A stretch of DNA of 64,000 bases from Cyanobacteria bacterium P01_D01_bin.156 (GTDB taxonomy: Bacteria > Cyanobacteriota > Cyanobacteriia > Phormidesmidales > Phormidesmidaceae): assembly GCA_039024555.1 (NCBI GenBank), contig JBCCQQ010000009.1:67509-131508 (forward strand), given 5' to 3'. The notes under the pieces were generated by a model. It ran no database searches and was not told the DNA's origin. It saw only the letters and a list, made by a program, of their open reading frames with translations. This document shows positions 1-10,280 of this stretch, one piece after another. The number at the start of each line of letters is the position of its first letter. The stretch's first letter is position 1. The position numbers and the translations under genes were made by a program.

Positions 1-1693
1 TAAAGACATACGTGAGACCAAACTCTGCTTGTAGCTCTTTTAATAGGTTGAGTACCTGGGCCTGCACTGATACATCTAACGCGGATACGGACTCGTCACA
101 AATAATAAATTTGGGATTTAAAGCCAGGGCACGGGCAATGCAGATGCGCTGCCGTTGGCCGCCAGAAAACTCATGGGGAAATCGATTGATACATCCAGGA
201 TCAATATCCACTCGTTCTAGTAAATAGGCAACCCGTTCTTTGAGATTTTGTCGGTTGCGAACAACGCTGTGAATTTTTAACGGTTCGGCAATCGCTTTGC
301 CAATGCTCATGCGAGGGTCCAGGGAGCTGAAAGGATCTTGGAAAATCACCTGCATTTCGCGCCGTAGTTTGCGCATTTCGCCTTTGGGTAGCTGACGAAT
401 GTTCTTTCCTTCAAAGAAAATATTTCCAGCTATAGGTTCTACTAACCGGATTAGAGCCCTGCCCAACGTGGTTTTACCGCACCCTGATTCTCCAACTAGC
501 CCAAACGTTTCTCCTTTGTATACTTCAAAGGACACATCATCTACTGCCATAAATGTGCGGGCTGTCTGACCAAATACCCCTTTGATGGGATATCCCACTT
601 TGAGGTTCTGAACGGTGATTAATGGTGATTGCTCTGCTATGTGTTCCAGGCGTTGATTCGTTTCATTGGCCGTAACTTCTGCAGTGAGATCGGCGGCTTC
701 ATCTGCGCTAAAGTGCCGTGCAAAGATTTGTACTTCGCCGTTGGGGCCATCCTGGACTTGCATATAGTCGGCGACAGTGGGCAGTTTTTTGAGCCGTTGT
801 TCGGGACGGGGACGACAGGCTAGAAGCCCTTTGGTATAGGGATGGTCAGGGTTTTCAAAAATCTGATGGACTGCACCATATTCCACAATTTTGCCACGAT
901 ACATGACTGCGACATCATCAGCGATTTCAGCGATTGTCCCCAAGTCGTGGGTGATAAAAATCATCGACATGGAGCGCCGATCTCTTAAATCTCGGAGCAA
1001 GTCTAGAATACGGGCTTGGACTGTAACATCAAGTGCCGTAGTGGGCTCATCCGCAATCAGTAGAGCTGGATTACAGGCGATTGCCATGGCAATCATCACT
1101 CGCTGCAGCTGGCCACCGGAGAGCTGATGGGGGTAGCGTTTGAGAATAGCCTTTTTGCGTTGCTGCACCAGGCGAGCGATGGTATTGCGATCGCTAACCT
1201 GTTTTTCCTCTGCAACTAGCTCTGCAAGCTCTTCATCGCTAGGTAGGAGTTTGACTTCCTGGAGTGCCTCTATAACCAGCTTTTCAGCGTCAGCTTTGGT
1301 GACGCTATGGTGTTGTTGAATTGCTTCAATCAGCTGAAAACCACAGGTGTACACCGGATTTAAGGAACTCATGGGTTCCTGGAAAATCATTGAAACCTTC
1401 TCGCCTCGGTAGGCCTGCATCTGTTGCTGCTTGAGCTGGCATAAGTCTACTGGTGCTGCACCAGATACGTCTGAAAATAGAATTTCTCCGTGGGTAATCC
1501 GTCCAGGAGGAGTCGGTACTAGCCCCATTACCGCCAGGGAGGTGACGGATTTCCCTGAGCCTGACTCGCCAACAATTCCGAGGGTGCGACCGCGTTTCAC
1601 CTGAAAGGAAATACCATCAACTGCTTTAATCACGCCGTTAGCAGTGTCGAACTCGACTTTTAGGTTACGGACATCAAGGATGGTTTCGCTCAT
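1..1693 (-). CDS. Peptide/oligopeptide ABC transporter ATP-binding protein with two fused ABC domains; 3' end runs off the window
   Basis: Manual translation from ATG 1693: [73 protein letters not shown]; second Walker A GESGCGKT and [13 protein letters not shown]. Absent from the ORF track because its stop lies outside the window. Confidence 0.93.
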   Translation of the reverse strand, partial: MSETILDVRNLKVEFDTANGVIKAVDGISFQVKRGRTLGIVGESGSGKSVTSLAVMGLVPTPPGRITHGEILFSDVSGAAPVDLCQLKQQQMQAYRGEKVSMIFQEPMSSLNPVYTCGFQLIEAIQQHHSVTKADAEKLVIEALQEVKLLPSDEELAELVAEEKQVSDRNTIARLVQQRKKAILKRYPHQLSGGQLQRVMIAMAIACNPALLIADEPTTALDVTVQARILDLLRDLRDRRSMSMIFITHDLGTIAEIADDVAVMYRGKIVEYGAVHQIFENPDHPYTKGLLACRPRPEQRLKKLPTVADYMQVQDGPNGEVQIFARHFSADEAADLTAEVTANETNQRLEHIAEQSPLITVQNLKVGYPIKGVFGQTARTFMAVDDVSFEVYKGETFGLVGESGCGKTTLGRALIRLVEPIAGNIFFEGKNIRQLPKGEMRKLRREMQVIFQDPFSSLDPRMSIGKAIAEPLKIHSVVRNRQNLKERVAYLLERVDIDPGCINRFPHEFSGGQRQRICIARALALNPKFIICDESVSALDVSVQAQVLNLLKELQAEFGLTYVF

Positions 1694-2090
1694 GAATGGA
1701 AAATTAGTGGAGAGTGACTTGCGATGGATACAGAGAACTGAGCAATATGAATTTGGTGTGAGCAGGTGCTGCAGCTAGAAATATTGGTATTTTGCGTAAC
1801 TAATGCCTGTAAGGGTAGATAAGGAAATACTGATTAAGTGATGTTGGAAAACCCAGGTTGGTTTGTGTATCGATATTAAAGGCAAACAGCTATATTTTGG
1901 GTAGGCGTTGGTACTTCGGCGGATTTGCCCTAGCGTAGTAGTGCAAAGAATCGGTATTTTGAAATAGCCATAAATTAGGAAAATTACTTATCCCATGTGG
2001 GTTCTGTTTGGGCGACTTTGTATAGATATTTAGCCAAAATCATAGCAACCCTTCGCCGTCAATTTTTAATATGTTGTCTCTTCTCCCATC

Positions 2091-3149
2091 ATGGCTCAAC
2101 TTGCGATCGCAGTTTTGATCGTTATTATCGGTTCCGCTATTTGCTCAGGTACTGAAGTGGCATTGCTTTCCATACCTTTGCTCAAAGCCCGTCAGCTTGC
2201 TCAAAATCGTAACCCTGCCACCGTTGCTCTGTTAGCCATTCGGGAAAAAATCAGCCGACCGATTGCCAGCATTGTCATTCTCAATAATATTTTCAACATC
2301 GTTGGTAGTTTTATCGTTAGCCGTATTGCGGCGGAACTTTTTGGCAACCTCATGCTCGGTGTTTTTTCCGGCATATTAACGTTTCTGATCATTTTATTTG
2401 CTGAAATTGTCCCCAAAACCCTAGGCGAACGCTATGCAGAACAGTTTGGATTGCTGGTCGCAGTCCCTGTGCGTAGCCTGACCTGGTTGATGACACCAGT
2501 TATTTTGGTCCTCGAAAAATTGACGGCTCCCTTGATCAAGGGAAATCATCGTCCCGTTACGAATGAAGCGGAAATCAAACTCTTAGCCATGTTGGGGTAT
2601 CAAGAAGGTCTGATCGAAGACGACGAAGCTGAGATGATTCAGAAGGTCTTTCGGATGAATGATATTGCTGCTAAGGACATTATGACGCCCCGTGTGGCCA
2701 TCACCTACATTGAAGGCTACCAGTCCTTAGAATCAGCTCAACAGGAAATTATGCAGTCCCAGCATAGTCGGATCCTGGTTACGGGGGAAGATCTCGATGA
2801 TGTACTAGGGGTCGCTTTGAAGGCGGAGTTGCTAGCTGCGCTTGTACAGGGGCGTGGTCAAGATCCCGTTACCAGCAGTATGCGCCAGGCTCGATATATT
2901 CCCACGACGGAGCGATCTGATAAATTGCTCAAAACGTTTCAAACGGCTCGTGAGCATTTAATGATTGTTGTTGATGAGTACGGTGGGGTTTCTGGGGTAG
3001 TGACCTTAGAAGATGTACTAGAAGTCTTGATTGGTGAAATTGTAGATGAAACGGATCGTAATGTTGACTTGCAGGCGTTGGCCCGGCAACGACGGCGACG
3101 ACTACTACAGCGCCAGGGATTTCAGACAGATCTAAAGCGCAGTCGATAA
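2091..3149 (+). CDS. CNNM/DUF21-CBS domain (hemolysin-like, CorC/TlyC-type) membrane protein
   Basis: Hydrophobic DUF21 region (CSGTEVALLS, FAEIVPKTLG), IMTPRV, VVDEYGGVSGVVTLEDVLEVLIGEI. Confidence 0.9.
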   Translation: MAQLAIAVLIVIIGSAICSGTEVALLSIPLLKARQLAQNRNPATVALLAIREKISRPIASIVILNNIFNIVGSFIVSRIAAELFGNLMLGVFSGILTFLIILFAEIVPKTLGERYAEQFGLLVAVPVRSLTWLMTPVILVLEKLTAPLIKGNHRPVTNEAEIKLLAMLGYQEGLIEDDEAEMIQKVFRMNDIAAKDIMTPRVAITYIEGYQSLESAQQEIMQSQHSRILVTGEDLDDVLGVALKAELLAALVQGRGQDPVTSSMRQARYIPTTERSDKLLKTFQTAREHLMIVVDEYGGVSGVVTLEDVLEVLIGEIVDETDRNVDLQALARQRRRRLLQRQGFQTDLKRSR

Positions 3150-3159
3150 TCAGCAGATT

Positions 3160-3654
3160 TTAAGGATGTAACATTTTTTTCAGATACCTCACACAAGCAT
3201 CAATTTCATCTGTCATATGAAATTGCCCAGGGGCTAGCGTATTAAAAAAATCTTGGACCAAAGGATTATGGGGCATGAGTACCACAGGCTTGTGTTCTTT
3301 TAGGGCTAAGGCGATTTCAGACACCGTCCCTAATCCAAGACCACAGGCGATGATGGCATGGCTGGACAGCACATTGATGGCATTCCGAGCATGGCCGATA
3401 CCCGTCAATATTGGGATGGTCACCCCTGCCGCTATGGAATGACCTTGACTATCGGGTAAAACACCAATGACTGTGCCCCCTGCAGAAGCTGCTCCACAAC
3501 TAGCAGCTGCCATCACTCCCGTAGGGCGTCCCCCGGTGAGTAATATCCAATGCTCTTGAGCAATGGCTTTGCCTAGGGCATAGGCCAGTTTTTCTTCTTC
3601 CTCAAGTAGGGTTTTACCGGGCCCCATAATGCCGATAATTGTTGATTGAGTCAT
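3160..3654 (-). CDS. TIGR00725 family (LOG-like Rossmann-fold) protein
   Basis: LLTGGRPTGVM, GGTVIGVLP, GIGHARNAIN, GTVSEIALA. Confidence 0.85.
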   Translation of the reverse strand: MTQSTIIGIMGPGKTLLEEEEKLAYALGKAIAQEHWILLTGGRPTGVMAAASCGAASAGGTVIGVLPDSQGHSIAAGVTIPILTGIGHARNAINVLSSHAIIACGLGLGTVSEIALALKEHKPVVLMPHNPLVQDFFNTLAPGQFHMTDEIDACVRYLKKMLHP

Positions 3655-3988
3655 GGATGAGCTGCTCGTTGATGAGCTGAATATCTTTAAAGGTATCCGG
3701 CGCTACGATGGTTGGACATGAAATAACTTGAATACCTCTATAGGCCAATTTTTACGCCTTGGCTAGCCCCCTTATTTATACTCAGTTCGCTACATCGGCA
3801 ACCGATGAGAATCAAGTTTGATTGCTATGTTAGGGATAATCTGACGATTTCCCCGTCGACTATGGGCACTGTTTTTATAGCCAGGGGTCTACTCGAAAAT
3901 CGTTCGTTTACCCAAGTTTCGCTCAGCTATGATTCATCCTGCCCACGCAGTATCCCGTCCAGTTTGGATTGCTCAATATTTACCTTCA

Positions 3989-5812
3989 ATGAAGGGTGTG
4001 AAGTCTAAGCAATTAGGACGCTGGTGCTCGACACTGTGGGGCAGTGCTTTAGCCTGTGGCATGCTCCTAGGACTGCCCGTCCAGGCTGCGGAGCGGATTA
4101 ATATCCAGGTGGGGCCAATCAAACAAACGCTATATGTCAGTGATTTAGCAGAATTTGCTAAAACTGGGCAAGTGCCAGCTCGTTTGAGCCTTTACGAAGC
4201 CTTTCTCACCCCTGATATTCAAGCGGCGTTGAATAATCGATTAATGCTCGATCCGGCTATGGCAGATCGAATGGTGATGGATATTTTGGCCTCGCCCAAT
4301 GGTGAATTGCTACTCGATTCTCTGGCCCGGGTGGCTCCAGGACTGAGTGTTGACCAAATCCGTATGGCCATTCGTCTAGCTGCTAATCAAACGAATGGCC
4401 TAAATGTGTTAGGTGTTTTGCAGGCTGTACCTCAGGAAACCTTAGATGTTGACTTAACGGCAGCCTTTGCGTTGGCATCGCAGCTGAATCTTTCTCGCTT
4501 GGAAGGGGATGCTCTGAGTACAGTGCTTGAGCAAGAACTGCTGGTTAATGATGGTTTGACTATTCCCGAAGGGGTAAACCCCACGGTAGGTGGTTCCATA
4601 GAGGTGACCAAGCGCTCCTTTAAGTTTGTGGATCGGGAGCGCGATCGCACCATACCTCTTGACTTATATGTACCTAACGAAACCTTTAGCCAAGATGCTC
4701 CATTGATTGCCCTTTCCCATGGATTTGCGGCGGATCGTCGATTTCTAACCTACGTTGGAGAACACTTGGCCTCCCATGGATTTACTGTAGTTGCCGTTGA
4801 GCACGTGGGGAGTAATGTCGAGGCACTGAACAAAACACCATTAGACCCGGCGGCTGTGGAGGAACCTAGCCGAATATTGCCTGCCAGCGAGTTTCTCGAT
4901 CGTCCCCGTGACATTTCCTATGTCTTAGATCGGCTGGCATGGATGGAACAGGTTTCTCCCATGCTGCGGGATAAATTTGATCCTGACCGTGTGGTTCTTG
5001 TCGGCCATTCCTTAGGGGGATATACCGGGTTTGCCCTGGCTGGTGCGCAACTGGATCTATCGGCGATGCCTCCATTCTGTGCCAGTCTTTCCCCCGTTGG
5101 TCTCTCTCCTGCTGACTGGCTCCAGTGTGCGGCTGTAGATTTACCTGTTGTGACTACTGATTTAAGCGATGCGCGCATTGTGCAAGTGATTGCTATGAAT
5201 CCTCTGATTGGCAGACTGTTTGGACGCAAAGGCCTGGGCGATGTAGCTGTTCCCAGCATTGTTCTAACGGGGACCAAAGATGGAGTAACTCCTACACTAG
5301 CCCAACAGCTTGCTCCTTTTAGCCAGCTCCAAGGTAATAACAATCATCTAATTGCGGTCATTGGCGGTACCCATCTGAGTGTTGGCGATCCTAATAACGT
5401 TAATGAAGCGCTTACTCAGATTCCTTTTATGCCGGAATTATCAGGAGAAGAAACTACGCAACTGCGGCAGTATCTCAAAGCGTTGACGCTAAGTGCTGTG
5501 ATGCAACACACCACCGAGGCAGATACCTATGAACTCTTTTTAGACCCAGCCTATGCCCAACGATTTTCCACGGCTACCCTACCCCTACGCATGACCCAAA
5601 CTTTGCCTGCTAGTGTACGTAGCTGGCTGGAAACCATTGCCCCTGAGCGTGCGAGGGCTGAAACCGAAACACTACTATCTTGGGTGCGCCTAAAAACACT
5701 AGACGTTCGCCAATCATTAGGTCATGCCAATCGTCAAATCCAGGCTTATCTGCGTCAGGAGCAAGTATCTATTACCGTCCTCTACTGGCCTATGAGGCTG
5801 CCATGGATCTAA
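3989..5812 (+). CDS. DUF1400 + alpha/beta hydrolase
   Basis: Signal-like N-terminus and AAERI (DUF1400), SHGFA, nucleophile GHSLGG, GGTHLS; ORF is open from 3929, ATG 3989 preferred. Confidence 0.85.
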   Translation: MKGVKSKQLGRWCSTLWGSALACGMLLGLPVQAAERINIQVGPIKQTLYVSDLAEFAKTGQVPARLSLYEAFLTPDIQAALNNRLMLDPAMADRMVMDILASPNGELLLDSLARVAPGLSVDQIRMAIRLAANQTNGLNVLGVLQAVPQETLDVDLTAAFALASQLNLSRLEGDALSTVLEQELLVNDGLTIPEGVNPTVGGSIEVTKRSFKFVDRERDRTIPLDLYVPNETFSQDAPLIALSHGFAADRRFLTYVGEHLASHGFTVVAVEHVGSNVEALNKTPLDPAAVEEPSRILPASEFLDRPRDISYVLDRLAWMEQVSPMLRDKFDPDRVVLVGHSLGGYTGFALAGAQLDLSAMPPFCASLSPVGLSPADWLQCAAVDLPVVTTDLSDARIVQVIAMNPLIGRLFGRKGLGDVAVPSIVLTGTKDGVTPTLAQQLAPFSQLQGNNNHLIAVIGGTHLSVGDPNNVNEALTQIPFMPELSGEETTQLRQYLKALTLSAVMQHTTEADTYELFLDPAYAQRFSTATLPLRMTQTLPASVRSWLETIAPERARAETETLLSWVRLKTLDVRQSLGHANRQIQAYLRQEQVSITVLYWPMRLPWI

Positions 5813-5827
5813 TGATTTCAGCTCTGA

Positions 5828-6862
5828 CTATATCTTTTGCGCCAGCATTAATCCGAACCAATTACGTTTATCGGTAAATGTTTGAAGCAGTTTAAAGCCA
5901 TGCTTTGCAAGTTGTGTTTCCATTTGCTGTGGTGAGAATTTACGAGAGATTTCTGTGAGCAAACGCTCTCCATCTTGAAATTTGACTGTTAGATCTAGCC
6001 TTTTAAGATAGACAGACTGTTCTTGCTGACTTTCCAAATACATCTCTATCTGGTGGTCGACTGTATTGTAGGTGGCGATATGGCGAAAATTGTCTAACTT
6101 AAAATCACCGTTATAGAGATTGTTGAGGTGTTGTAGCATGTTGAGATTAAAAGCAGCTGTGACTCCTTGAGCGTCGTTATAGGCTGCTTCAACAATTTCA
6201 ACATCCTTTTGTAAGTCCAAACCCAACAGAAAAAACTGTCCAGGTGTGAGTGCATCACTGATTGTTTGTAAAAACTGGTGACTTTCGACAGGCGACAAGT
6301 TACCAAGCGTGCTGCCGATAAACATCACCATGCGTGTGGGCAATTGAAGTTTAGGTAAGTTTTGGAGGGCTGGTTCGTAGGTGCTAATGAGGCCTTGAAT
6401 CGTCAGATTGGGATAGTCTTCAAGGAGCTTGATGGAACTCTCTTGAAGCATAGTGCCGCTGACATCAATGGGTACGTAGTGTAGAGGATAATTTTGGGAT
6501 GTATAAGCATCCAGCAGCAGCCTAGTTTTGGTTGCACTGCCACTTCCCAGCTCTACCAGTTCACATCCTCCAGTCAGTTCAGTAATTCTGGAGGCGTAGG
6601 CACCCAAAATAGATGCTTCTGTACGAGTTGGATAGTACTCCGGTAAGTTACAGATTTTTTCAAAAAGTTGTGAGCCCTGCTGGTCGTAGAAGTATTTAGG
6701 GGGTAACGCTTTAGGAGCCATAGACAGGCCCTTAAGGACATCTTGTCCTTCTGGTTGAGCTGATGTGTTGTGGGAACTGTCTATGCTCAATACTTGCAGG
6801 CGTTTACTGACATCTGTTGAAGCGATGAAAGTGTCACGGTTAAAGACGGTAGAAGGAGCCAT
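5828..6862 (-). CDS. egtD: L-histidine N-alpha-methyltransferase (ergothioneine biosynthesis)
   Basis: LPPKYFYDQQGSQLFEKICNLPEYYPTRTE, ELGSGSATKT, AYNDAQGVTAAFNLN, TEISRKF. Confidence 0.95.
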   Translation of the reverse strand: MAPSTVFNRDTFIASTDVSKRLQVLSIDSSHNTSAQPEGQDVLKGLSMAPKALPPKYFYDQQGSQLFEKICNLPEYYPTRTEASILGAYASRITELTGGCELVELGSGSATKTRLLLDAYTSQNYPLHYVPIDVSGTMLQESSIKLLEDYPNLTIQGLISTYEPALQNLPKLQLPTRMVMFIGSTLGNLSPVESHQFLQTISDALTPGQFFLLGLDLQKDVEIVEAAYNDAQGVTAAFNLNMLQHLNNLYNGDFKLDNFRHIATYNTVDHQIEMYLESQQEQSVYLKRLDLTVKFQDGERLLTEISRKFSPQQMETQLAKHGFKLLQTFTDKRNWFGLMLAQKI

Positions 6863-6927
6863 AAAAAACTGGGATCAACAGGGCAAGTGTAGCTTGGGAC
6901 GGCATGTTTCGTGGGTAGTCCAGTACT

Positions 6928-8202
6928 CTACTGAGCACAGCGAAAACCCATAAATAGCTCACGCACATGGGGCTCATACCAATTGCGAAAGCTAGGCCGT
7001 AAGGCCCAGGGACGAGTTGCCCAACTGCCTCCCCGTAGTACCCGATGCCGATCGTCAAAGTATGCCTCTGAATAGCCTTTGTAGGGATAGGATTCAAATC
7101 CTGGATAAGGTCGGAACCAACTGTTTGTCCATTCCCAAACGTTTCCTAGTAAGTCAAAACAGCCATAGTCGCTAACGGCCTGATGATAGGCACCTACAGG
7201 ACTCGTGTGACCTAAACGATGATTGCAGTTAATTTGATTCGCTGCCAAAAGCTCGCAACGATTCTTTGTTAATCCTTGAGCGGCCATCGCCCACTCAATC
7301 TCGGTCGGTAGTCGTTTCCCAATGAAGCGTGCATAGGCGCTGGCTTCGTACCAGTTCACACCGGATACAGGATAGTCTCGAAAGTCCTGTAAACGATGCT
7401 CTGGCCAATAGAGTGGCTGGCTAATATGAGATGAGTTTGACTGTAACCAATGCCAACCTTCGTCACACCACCATTGGCGCTCTTGATACCCACCTGCATC
7501 CATAAATTTGGCAAACTGTCCACAGGTTACTGGCGTACGAGCAATGCGAAAAGCCTCTACTTCACCCTCATACGAAGGTTGCTCATTATCAATAGCGATT
7601 ACCTCTGAGCTGTCTTGGGTGCTCTCATTCGGCCCCAGACATACCCTGCCGCCAGGGATTTGCACCATGCCTGGAGAAACTGACGGTAGTTGGATTTGGG
7701 CAGTTTCTTTTAGAGGAGTGAGTTTACCCTGATGTTGATGCAGGGCCATGACTAAAGATATGGTTTCACTGTGCTGACATTCATGCTGAACCAGCCAGTA
7801 CCAGAGGCGTTTTTGTGTGTGTAAGGGCGCTGTTGCCAGATAGGCTAAGGTGCGTTGACGAATATCAGTGAGGAAGTTTAGTAACGTTTCTAAATCTGGT
7901 AGTTGTTGCCGTTGAGCTTTTGGTAGGCCATCGGCGGCAAATAGGGTTCGATAGTGTGGATAGGGACAGGGTTGCTGGGCTAGGTGTTCTAAAATCCAGA
8001 GAGACTCGGTAAAGGCAATATGGCCCAGATGCCATCCCACAGGGCTAAAGTCGGGGTGAGCTTGCTGTTTTAAGACTGGGCTGCTGATCTCTTGAACTAA
8101 CTCTAAAGTCCCTTGGCGGCAGCTTTGGAGAATGGTCTGTAATTTGTTATGCAGAGCTGGGTCGGGGGATGAGGTTTGTTTAAGAGACGTTTGAAAAGCC
8201 AT
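6928..8202 (-). CDS. egtB: Ergothioneine sulfoxide synthase (DinB + FGE-sulfatase domains)
   Basis: SPVGWHLGHIA, QHECQHSETI iron ligands, RLPTEIEW, GNVWEWT, VLRGGSW, GFRCA; lies between egtC and egtD. Confidence 0.9.
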   Translation of the reverse strand: MAFQTSLKQTSSPDPALHNKLQTILQSCRQGTLELVQEISSPVLKQQAHPDFSPVGWHLGHIAFTESLWILEHLAQQPCPYPHYRTLFAADGLPKAQRQQLPDLETLLNFLTDIRQRTLAYLATAPLHTQKRLWYWLVQHECQHSETISLVMALHQHQGKLTPLKETAQIQLPSVSPGMVQIPGGRVCLGPNESTQDSSEVIAIDNEQPSYEGEVEAFRIARTPVTCGQFAKFMDAGGYQERQWWCDEGWHWLQSNSSHISQPLYWPEHRLQDFRDYPVSGVNWYEASAYARFIGKRLPTEIEWAMAAQGLTKNRCELLAANQINCNHRLGHTSPVGAYHQAVSDYGCFDLLGNVWEWTNSWFRPYPGFESYPYKGYSEAYFDDRHRVLRGGSWATRPWALRPSFRNWYEPHVRELFMGFRCAQ

Positions 8203-8971
8203 GAATTTGGGGATGAAAATCTTGAGCAACTGTCAAACTGTGGGACTGGGGTACGGGTTCCCAGTCGCCTTTGAACAAAGGCTCAGATGCCAGAATAATG
8301 CCTTGAGATTGGCGTAGCAGGTAGAACGAAGGAGCGTTTGCTTGATTATCAAAGCGGGCGGCGACTAATTGCTGTCCATCACTGATAATAATCACACCAC
8401 TGACTCGAACATCATGACCGGTTGCTAGCGCTTGGATCATATCCACAGCTTTTTCTACGGCATGATGTAATGCCAGTTGAGGTTGACTGTCCAGTAGATG
8501 GGTAATCAATGCAAAAATATGCTCTGAGTCAGTCAGGCCGTAAATATTTTGGTAGGCGGCATCACCAATAATCTCCCGCATAGGTCGGTAGAGCGTCTGG
8601 CGAAACTTTTCGATGTAGCCGTTATGCACAAATAACAGCTGCTCGTGGCGAAAGGGTTGGCAATTACTGAAATCTAAGGGTAAACCTGGTGTGGCACTGC
8701 GAATATTAGCAACAAAAGAGCGGGCTGTAATATAGCGACATAAATCCTTGAGATTGCCATCATTCCAGATGGGCAAAATGTTTCTGTAAACAAAGGGGAC
8801 TGCATCTGGATCATTGGGATGATGCCAGCCAATGCCGAAGCCATCGGCGTTTAGCAACGCCACTTCTAATTCCTTTGGTTGATAACTTTGAACGACCAAA
8901 GAATGTTCAGGTTTCAGAATTAAGTCTTCTAGGGGAATAGGCTGGCCCAGATAAGCAAGGAGGCGGCACAT
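8180..8971 (-). CDS. egtC: Ergothioneine biosynthesis Ntn amidohydrolase
   Basis: Start MCRLLAYLG (catalytic Cys2) at ATG 8971, NADGFGIGW, FVHNG, TDSEHIF; overlaps the egtB start. Confidence 0.93.
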   Translation of the reverse strand: MCRLLAYLGQPIPLEDLILKPEHSLVVQSYQPKELEVALLNADGFGIGWHHPNDPDAVPFVYRNILPIWNDGNLKDLCRYITARSFVANIRSATPGLPLDFSNCQPFRHEQLLFVHNGYIEKFRQTLYRPMREIIGDAAYQNIYGLTDSEHIFALITHLLDSQPQLALHHAVEKAVDMIQALATGHDVRVSGVIIISDGQQLVAARFDNQANAPSFYLLRQSQGIILASEPLFKGDWEPVPQSHSLTVAQDFHPQIHGFSNVS

Positions 8972-8994
8972 GGCAAGGGTAGGCGAGAGTTTCC

Positions 8995-9378
8995 CTAGTT
9001 TGTCAGAGAGACTGCTGCAATGGCTAAAAGTATCCAACCTATGATTAGCGCTAGACCCCCTATGGGAGTGACTATTCCTAAGATTTTGATGCCGGATAGG
9101 CTTAAACCGTAAAGGCTACCGGAAAAAAGAACGATGCCAAGGATAAATGCCAAACTGGCATAGTTAAGCCAGCTATTATCCGGTAGCTGTAACCAGAGTA
9201 AACCGACTGCCAGCATCGCTAGGGCGTGATACATCTGGTATCGGGTACCCAGCTCAAAGGTGGATAGGGCTTTTTCAGAAAGCTGGGCTTTGAGAGCGTG
9301 GGCTCCAAATGCTCCAGCGGCTACGGATGAGCCACCGAGAATGGATGCGATCGCAAGGCATAGACGGGCAGTCATCAT
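8995..9378 (-). CDS. DUF423 (YgdD/TMEM256) membrane protein
   Basis: GAFGAHAL, YQMYHALA, LFSGSLY, TPIGG. Confidence 0.92.
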   Translation of the reverse strand: MMTARLCLAIASILGGSSVAAGAFGAHALKAQLSEKALSTFELGTRYQMYHALAMLAVGLLWLQLPDNSWLNYASLAFILGIVLFSGSLYGLSLSGIKILGIVTPIGGLALIIGWILLAIAAVSLTN

Positions 9379-9388
9379 AGCGGTTGTC

Positions 9389-10084
9389 CTAATCTGAAAC
9401 CTTAACGGCTTCTAATAGACGGGAGAAGTAAAACTGAGTAGCTGTGAACTCTTTGCGTTTAATTTCCCAACCATTGGCCTTAAGTGCAGCTCGAATGTCT
9501 GACTCGCTGTGAAGATAGGCCCGAGTGGCCTTGCTAGGGCCAGGGAAGAACTCCCCAATGCGTTTCAGTACGGTGTAGAAAGGATTTTTAGGTGCGAAGC
9601 TTAAGATCAATCGTTCTTCTGCCAGAGAGCTTAGATGCGCAATCATATCCTTTGCTTTTTCCTGGGGATAATGAATTAGCACATCTAGGCACACAACCGT
9701 GTGATAGCTGCCATCTAAGAGCTCTAAATCTTTAGCGTCAAATGTGGGCTGAGCTTCGGCGGGCAATAGCTCCTTGGCCCGGTAGCTAGCTTCTTCCACC
9801 ATTTTTTCAGAAATATCGCTGCCAGCAACCTGAGCACCCATGGCTGCTAATGGAATACTGAGGCTGCCCACACCACAGCCTGCATCGCATACCGTCAACC
9901 CATCAGCGTTACCGTCTTGCTGGAACCAATACAGAACATGATCAACAGTTTGCTGATGACCTTCACGAATATCCCGCTGAACTTTATTGACTTGACCATC
10001 ACCATAGATACGGCTCCAACGATCAAATCCTTGGGCATTGAAATAATTACGAACGATAGTTTTATCGTCAGTGGCACTCGTCAT
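9389..10084 (-). CDS. chlM: Magnesium protoporphyrin IX methyltransferase
   Basis: YFNAQGFDRWSRIYG, DAGCGVGSL, CLDVLIHYP, FPGPSKATRAY. Confidence 0.96.
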   Translation of the reverse strand: MTSATDDKTIVRNYFNAQGFDRWSRIYGDGQVNKVQRDIREGHQQTVDHVLYWFQQDGNADGLTVCDAGCGVGSLSIPLAAMGAQVAGSDISEKMVEEASYRAKELLPAEAQPTFDAKDLELLDGSYHTVVCLDVLIHYPQEKAKDMIAHLSSLAEERLILSFAPKNPFYTVLKRIGEFFPGPSKATRAYLHSESDIRAALKANGWEIKRKEFTATQFYFSRLLEAVKVSD

Positions 10085-10280
10085 AGGGATTGATCAGCGA
10101 TTTCTCTACGCTCAGATCCTATTACGTTTTGGGCCAATAGATAGCTACTTAATTCTCTGTGTGTACAGAGACACTTCATTGATGATCGCTTTCGTTGTTG
10201 CTGCGGAAAGGGTAGTCAGGTCCTTTTTCTTAATCCATATGCATGCGCTCTGCTCCGAGACGTTTTTGGTTGGTAGCTGT

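Noticed and set aside
12..1127. Short plus-strand ORFs 12-227, 629-823 and 891-1127
   Set aside because: Antisense shadows of the minus-strand ABC ATPase gene
6928..8202. egtB as selenoneine synthase SenA or ovothiol synthase OvoA
   Set aside because: No senB or selD neighbours and no C-terminal methyltransferase domain; egtC and egtD flank it
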